Below, piece by piece: positions 38,051-42,273 of a DNA stretch of 42,273 bases. The DNA is taken from contig DAIQNU010000001.1 in assembly GCA_036788235.1 (NCBI GenBank), positions 1 to 42,273 of the forward strand, written 5' to 3'. The DNA is from Cyclobacteriaceae bacterium (GTDB lineage Bacteria; Bacteroidota; Bacteroidia; Cytophagales; Cyclobacteriaceae). The notes under the pieces were generated by a model that worked only from the letters and a program-made list of their open reading frames with translations, was not told where the DNA came from and searched no databases. The stretch's first letter is position 1. Each line of letters opens with the position of its first letter. The position numbers were made by a program, and so were the translations under genes.

Positions 38051-39904
38051 ATGAGTGAGTATTCAGCAATAAACTGGCCTTCAATAAAAGGCAAAATCTC
38101 AAAAAAGCAGATGGATCGAACACTACTTGTAGAGGTTTCATGGGAAGCCTGCAATCAGGTAGGTGGTATATACACTGTGCTTAGAAGTAAAGTGCCAGCA
38201 ATTACTGATAAATTTGAAGATAATTATTGTCTTTTAGGACCTTTTATAGAACAGAAAATTCTGGAATTTGAAGAGATAAAAGAGACAACAGGCAATCCAT
38301 TTAGTAAGGCTGCGGCTGCCATGCGCGAACTGGGTTTTGATGTCAGATATGGGGTTTGGCTTGTAACCGGAAGGCCTAATATTGTTCTAATCAATCCTTA
38401 CTCAGTTTTTCATAGACTTGGAGAAATAAAATATCAACTTTGGGAGCATCATGGCATTCCCACTCCCACTGGTGATGGGCTTATAGATCAAGTAGTAGCT
38501 TTTGGTTCCTTAGTAAAGGTGTTCTTCAATGTACTTTACAATAAAAGCAAAAATAATTTTGATATAATTGGTCACTTTCATGAGTGGATGGCTGGTACTG
38601 CCATACCTGACTTAAGGCTCGAAAAAGTTCCTATGTCCATCGTGTTTACCACCCATGCTACACTTTTGGGGCGCTATCTGGCTATGAATGATGGTGATTT
38701 TTATAATCATTTAAATTATTTTGATTGGGAGCGTGAAGCGAATTATTTCAATATAACTTCGCAAGTAAAATTGGAACGTGCTGCGGCACATGGAGCCCAT
38801 ACTTTCACTACGGTGAGTGAAGTAACAGCACAAGAGTGCAAATATTTACTTGGAAGAGAAGTAGATGAGGTTACCCCTAATGGCTTTAACATTGAACGTT
38901 TTACTGCATTACACGAATTTCAAAATCTGCATCAGGAATATAAAAATAGTATACATCAACTCGTGATGTCTCATTTTTTTCCTAGCTATACTTTCGATTT
39001 AGATGAGACTTTATACTTTTTTACTTCGGGTCGATTCGAGTACAAAAACAAAGGCTTTGACCTGACACTTGAGGCTTTAGCAAGACTTAATTATAGAATG
39101 CAAAAGGAAAACATTCAACGAACGGTTGTCATGTTTTTTATTACCAAGCAGCCTTTTCATTCTGTTAACCCGGAAGTTATGCAATCAAGAGCTCTTATGG
39201 AAGAGCTCCGGCAGACTTGCAAATCTATAGAGCATCAAGTTGGCAACAGGCTATTTTATGCGGCTGCCGGACTTCCAGATAACAAGTTACCCAATCTAGG
39301 AAATTTTGTGGATGACTATTGGAGACTCCGGTTCAGGCGTACCCTACAATCGTGGAAATCTGACAAATTACCCCCTGTTGTTACGCATAATCTGGTGGAT
39401 GATCATAATGACCCGATCTTAAATTTTCTCAGATCTGCAAATATGATCAATCATAAGCACGATAAAGTAAAGATCGTGTATCATCCAGACTTCATTACTC
39501 CAATGAACCCACTTACTAGTCTGGAGTACAATCAATTCGTTCGTGGATGTAACCTTGGTGTGTTTCCAAGCTACTACGAACCATGGGGCTATACTCCTCT
39601 TGAATGTTTGGCAAGTGCCGTGCCAGCTGTTACCAGCGATTTGGCCGGATTTGGAAATTATGTTAATAAGAACCTACCATACAATCGCGATCATGGGATT
39701 TACGTGGTAGATCGCACGCATCAAGACTTTGACAGGGCAGCCACCCAGTTGGCCAATGATATGTTTAGCTTCGTAAAACTTGACAGACGTCAACGCATTG
39801 AAATGAGAAATAATGCAGAAGCTACTTCTGTTTTCTTTGACTGGGAACACTTAAGCCAATTCTATTTACGTGCTTACAATCTGGCATTGAAAAGGAAAGA
39901 ATAA
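38051..39904 (+). CDS. Glycogen synthase, eukaryote-type (CAZy GT3)
   Basis: The N-terminal VEVSWEACNQVGGIYTVLRSK and GVFPSYYEPWGYTPLECLASAVPAVTSDLAGFG closely mirror animal/fungal glycogen synthase signature blocks. The track ORF begins at a TTG (38045). The ATG two codons later is taken as the start. Confidence 0.9.
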   Translation: MSEYSAINWPSIKGKISKKQMDRTLLVEVSWEACNQVGGIYTVLRSKVPAITDKFEDNYCLLGPFIEQKILEFEEIKETTGNPFSKAAAAMRELGFDVRYGVWLVTGRPNIVLINPYSVFHRLGEIKYQLWEHHGIPTPTGDGLIDQVVAFGSLVKVFFNVLYNKSKNNFDIIGHFHEWMAGTAIPDLRLEKVPMSIVFTTHATLLGRYLAMNDGDFYNHLNYFDWEREANYFNITSQVKLERAAAHGAHTFTTVSEVTAQECKYLLGREVDEVTPNGFNIERFTALHEFQNLHQEYKNSIHQLVMSHFFPSYTFDLDETLYFFTSGRFEYKNKGFDLTLEALARLNYRMQKENIQRTVVMFFITKQPFHSVNPEVMQSRALMEELRQTCKSIEHQVGNRLFYAAAGLPDNKLPNLGNFVDDYWRLRFRRTLQSWKSDKLPPVVTHNLVDDHNDPILNFLRSANMINHKHDKVKIVYHPDFITPMNPLTSLEYNQFVRGCNLGVFPSYYEPWGYTPLECLASAVPAVTSDLAGFGNYVNKNLPYNRDHGIYVVDRTHQDFDRAATQLANDMFSFVKLDRRQRIEMRNNAEATSVFFDWEHLSQFYLRAYNLALKRKE

Positions 39905-39972
39905 AAATCATTAATTCCATTTAAAACACATACTTAAAAAAAAATGATTTCTGGGTCTGCCTAACCTAAAGC

Positions 39973-40509
39973 ATGCAAGAAAATTTAAAAATATATCTGA
40001 TTGGAATGCCAGGAAGCGGTAAATCTACCCTTGGCAAGCAACTTGCTAAAGCCTTAAAACTTTCATTTATTGATCTTGATAGCCTCATTGTAGAAGAGGA
40101 AAAAGCTCCTATTACCGAAATTTTCAGTAAAAAAGGCGAGGACTATTTTCGTGAAATTGAAAAGTTTTTGTTGCAAAAATCAAGTGCTGAGCGTGACAAT
40201 TTTGTCATGGCTACCGGAGGTGGCGCAGCATGTTTTTTCGACAATATGGAATATATGAATGCCACTGGTATAACAGTATATATTGAAGTACCATCTAGTT
40301 TTATTGCTGATAGACTTTCATCTAAAGGCTTGTCTAAAAGACCCTTATTGAGGGACAAATCTGGATCTGAATTATTAAACGAGCTGGATACCAAGCTAAA
40401 AAAAAGGCAATATTTTTATGAAAAGGCAAAAATAAAGCTGGATTTTGAGCACCACAATCTAGAGGCGCTTCAAGCCCAGCTAGAAAATTATTTTAGTCAA
40501 CAGACTTGA
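39973..40509 (+). CDS. aroK: Shikimate kinase
   Basis: 178-aa ORF. P-loop GMPGSGKSTLGKQLA, D(L)D motif FIDLDSLI, ATGGG block. Confidence 0.93.
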   Translation: MQENLKIYLIGMPGSGKSTLGKQLAKALKLSFIDLDSLIVEEEKAPITEIFSKKGEDYFREIEKFLLQKSSAERDNFVMATGGGAACFFDNMEYMNATGITVYIEVPSSFIADRLSSKGLSKRPLLRDKSGSELLNELDTKLKKRQYFYEKAKIKLDFEHHNLEALQAQLENYFSQQT

Positions 40510-40511
40510 AT

Positions 40512-42179
40512 TTAAAAGAAAAATCCAACACTTACTCTAAAGTGTAAATCACGATGATCTATCTGTACTAGGTGGTTTTGTACCAGACCAGGATCCAATT
40601 CTACATCTACTGAATAGGGAGAATAATAACTTTTGGCAAACATGGTTGTGGCAGCTAAATCTATAAAGAAGTTGCTATTTCTATATCCACCACCCAAACT
40701 TATAGCTTTTCTGCTTCTATCGAGCTGAGACAAGCCAGGTTGGCGCTTATATGGATCACCGTAATATGCAAATCCAGCTCTGGCTCTAAATTTGTCAAAA
40801 CGCGCTTCGCCTCCTATTCTATAATTTATGGTATTTGTATAAAAGTCTCTAATCGATCGATTTTGATCGCTTAAGAATGCATCACCCCCACGGCGCTGAA
40901 GAACCATAGTAGAATAGTCTACATATTCTATATCAGCACTTATAAAACCCAACTTACCCAAAAAATATGTGGCACCGCCATTTACACGTAATGGAGTAGT
41001 TAAAGTATAGTCATAAATTAAATCATTAGTATAATTTTCATCTCTTAAGGTAACATTTGAGTCATAATCTACGAATGTATATAGATAATCAGGGTCAGGA
41101 TTGCTTGGCATTATTGCTTCCTCGTTATCAATAAAGTAATCCTCATAATCCTGCATATTGAAATTATTGTAATTTGCAGTAACACTAACAAAATAATTCT
41201 CTTCTACTGCATATAAAGTAGGGGTCATTAATGAAATACCTATGGTTAATTTATCAATTGGCCGACCAATAAGGCCGAATGAACCACTTACTCCCGTAGC
41301 ATACACATCAAGTGACTCACTAAATGTAGATCGCTGCATAATGCTACCCGTGGGATATAATTCTCTATAAATATTTGTTTGCTGGTAGTTAAATGTGGAA
41401 ATATTGAAACCAGCACCAAAATACAGTCGGTCATCTACATTCCCTCCGTAAGCAAAAGAGATATAATTTTGACTTCCTGAAGTTTCAATGCTTTCAGATT
41501 GATTAGTTGGAAATTCTTCATTTGGGAATTCTGTAAAAAAGGTACGACCATAAAAGTTTTCAACTTCTTCACCACTGGATCCTTGAAATACATCTCCAAA
41601 TTCACTAATCATATAAGTTTCAAAACCTAAGGTGCCAAAGCCAAAGGGATTGGATTGTGAACCAACTAATGATCTATTGGCATCTTGGACATACATGTCT
41701 ATAATGTCATTATCAGGATTTATACCATTGTAAAGAATATTGCTATTATATTCGGCAACTTTGGAATAAGAAATGGCAAAACTACCACCACGCCAGGCAC
41801 CAGGCTGATGATCGGCTTTCGACTTATTCCAAACTACACCTAAATTATCAAAATTGAATTTAGCTCTACTATCACTGGACTGGCTGCCAATATATGTCGA
41901 ATTATTATTAAGTGAATTTAATGAAGGAGAAAAGGTGAATTCTGAGCGATTATAAAAACCTAATCCTGCGGGGTTTGACAATGCGGAACTTATATCACCG
42001 CCTAAGCTGACTTGAGCACCACCGATGCCCTGCATTCTGGCGCTTCCGGTGTAATTTATCTGGCTAAAAAGTAAGGCTTGTTCATGATATTGAGATGCTC
42101 CAGGTACAAATTGCCCATTTGCGGAAAATACAGGCAATAGAAACCAGGCGCTCAGGATAAGAGCTTTTAAAGGCTTCAT
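40512..42179 (-). CDS. Outer-membrane beta-barrel protein, FadL/PorV-like (putative)
   Basis: 555-aa ORF. Signal peptide, N-terminal SARMQGIGGAQVSLGGDISSALSNPAGLGF block reminiscent of FadL/PorV-family barrels, alternating beta-strand pattern, C-terminal aromatic end VSVGFFF. Confidence 0.7.
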   Translation of the reverse strand: MKPLKALILSAWFLLPVFSANGQFVPGASQYHEQALLFSQINYTGSARMQGIGGAQVSLGGDISSALSNPAGLGFYNRSEFTFSPSLNSLNNNSTYIGSQSSDSRAKFNFDNLGVVWNKSKADHQPGAWRGGSFAISYSKVAEYNSNILYNGINPDNDIIDMYVQDANRSLVGSQSNPFGFGTLGFETYMISEFGDVFQGSSGEEVENFYGRTFFTEFPNEEFPTNQSESIETSGSQNYISFAYGGNVDDRLYFGAGFNISTFNYQQTNIYRELYPTGSIMQRSTFSESLDVYATGVSGSFGLIGRPIDKLTIGISLMTPTLYAVEENYFVSVTANYNNFNMQDYEDYFIDNEEAIMPSNPDPDYLYTFVDYDSNVTLRDENYTNDLIYDYTLTTPLRVNGGATYFLGKLGFISADIEYVDYSTMVLQRRGGDAFLSDQNRSIRDFYTNTINYRIGGEARFDKFRARAGFAYYGDPYKRQPGLSQLDRSRKAISLGGGYRNSNFFIDLAATTMFAKSYYSPYSVDVELDPGLVQNHLVQIDHRDLHFRVSVGFFF

Positions 42180-42246
42180 ATACTAATAGTTGATGTTGAT
42201 TTGAAGAGTACAAAAATTAAGAGGCAAGAAGAAGAAAAGAAAAGAA

Positions 42247-42263
42247 GCAGGCTTATTGCCTGC
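42247..42263 (-). terminator. Candidate rho-independent terminator (minus strand) of a gene lying beyond the right edge
   Basis: gcaggc/gcctgc stem with a 5-nt loop. On the minus strand it is followed by a T-rich tract (ttcttttcttttcttcttctt). Confidence 0.45.
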
Positions 42264-42273
42264 CTCCTCTTGA

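Noticed and set aside
38044-38522. Apparent 1-nt register problem (extra g near 38521, start at 38044 versus 38045) when hand-translating the glycogen synthase gene
   Set aside because: The supplied ORF track gives one uninterrupted 619-aa ORF whose length fits 38045..39904 exactly. This is most likely my own counting error and not a frameshift, so no pseudogene is claimed.
40509-40512. Convergent aroK and outer-membrane protein genes separated by only 2 nt with no room for terminators
   Set aside because: This is unusual-looking, but tight convergent junctions occur regularly. No structure or function can be inferred from it.
1-42273. Search for CRISPR arrays, tRNA/rRNA genes, IS elements, integrases, phage genes and long tandem repeats
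   Set aside because: Reading both strands, I found no regularly spaced repeats, cloverleaf-like GC-rich intergenic segments, transposase- or integrase-like ORFs, or terminal inverted repeats. Absence by eye is not proof.

Overview
AT-rich chromosomal segment whose protein families and gene order fit an aerobic member of the Bacteroidota (Cytophagia/Flavobacteriia-like). That assignment is an inference from family content and from TAnnTTTG-type promoter boxes. About 40% of the window (4.77-21.58 kb, all on the minus strand) is one respiratory supercluster. It holds alternative complex III (actABCDEF), then an aa3-type cytochrome c oxidase (coxB, ctaD), heme A biosynthesis (ctaA, cyoE), two subunit-III paralogues and subunit IV. 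Three assembly-type genes follow: a Cys-less SCO-like protein, a DUF420/CtaM-like protein and a small signal-peptide/CxxC membrane protein. The rest is mostly housekeeping: a sensor histidine kinase, a Tat-exported Gfo/Idh/MocA oxidoreductase, mitochondrial-type aconitase, purL, a ROK sugar kinase, two AsmA-like proteins, an MFS transporter, a eukaryote-type (GT3) glycogen synthase, aroK and a FadL/PorV-like outer-membrane barrel. The only accessory-looking block is 24.4-27.9 kb, between acnA and purL. It holds an N-terminally truncated higB with an intact higA, a single-domain ArsA/Get3-family ATPase with an HSP20-like tail, and an HD phosphohydrolase fused to a C-terminal PycTM/DUF5706-like membrane module with no cyclase nearby. 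That last gene, with its neighbour, is my best candidate for uncharacterised biology, but I cannot show that it is a system. I recognised no rRNA, tRNA, CRISPR array, transposase or integrase. Promoter, terminator and operator calls were read by eye and are low to moderate confidence.
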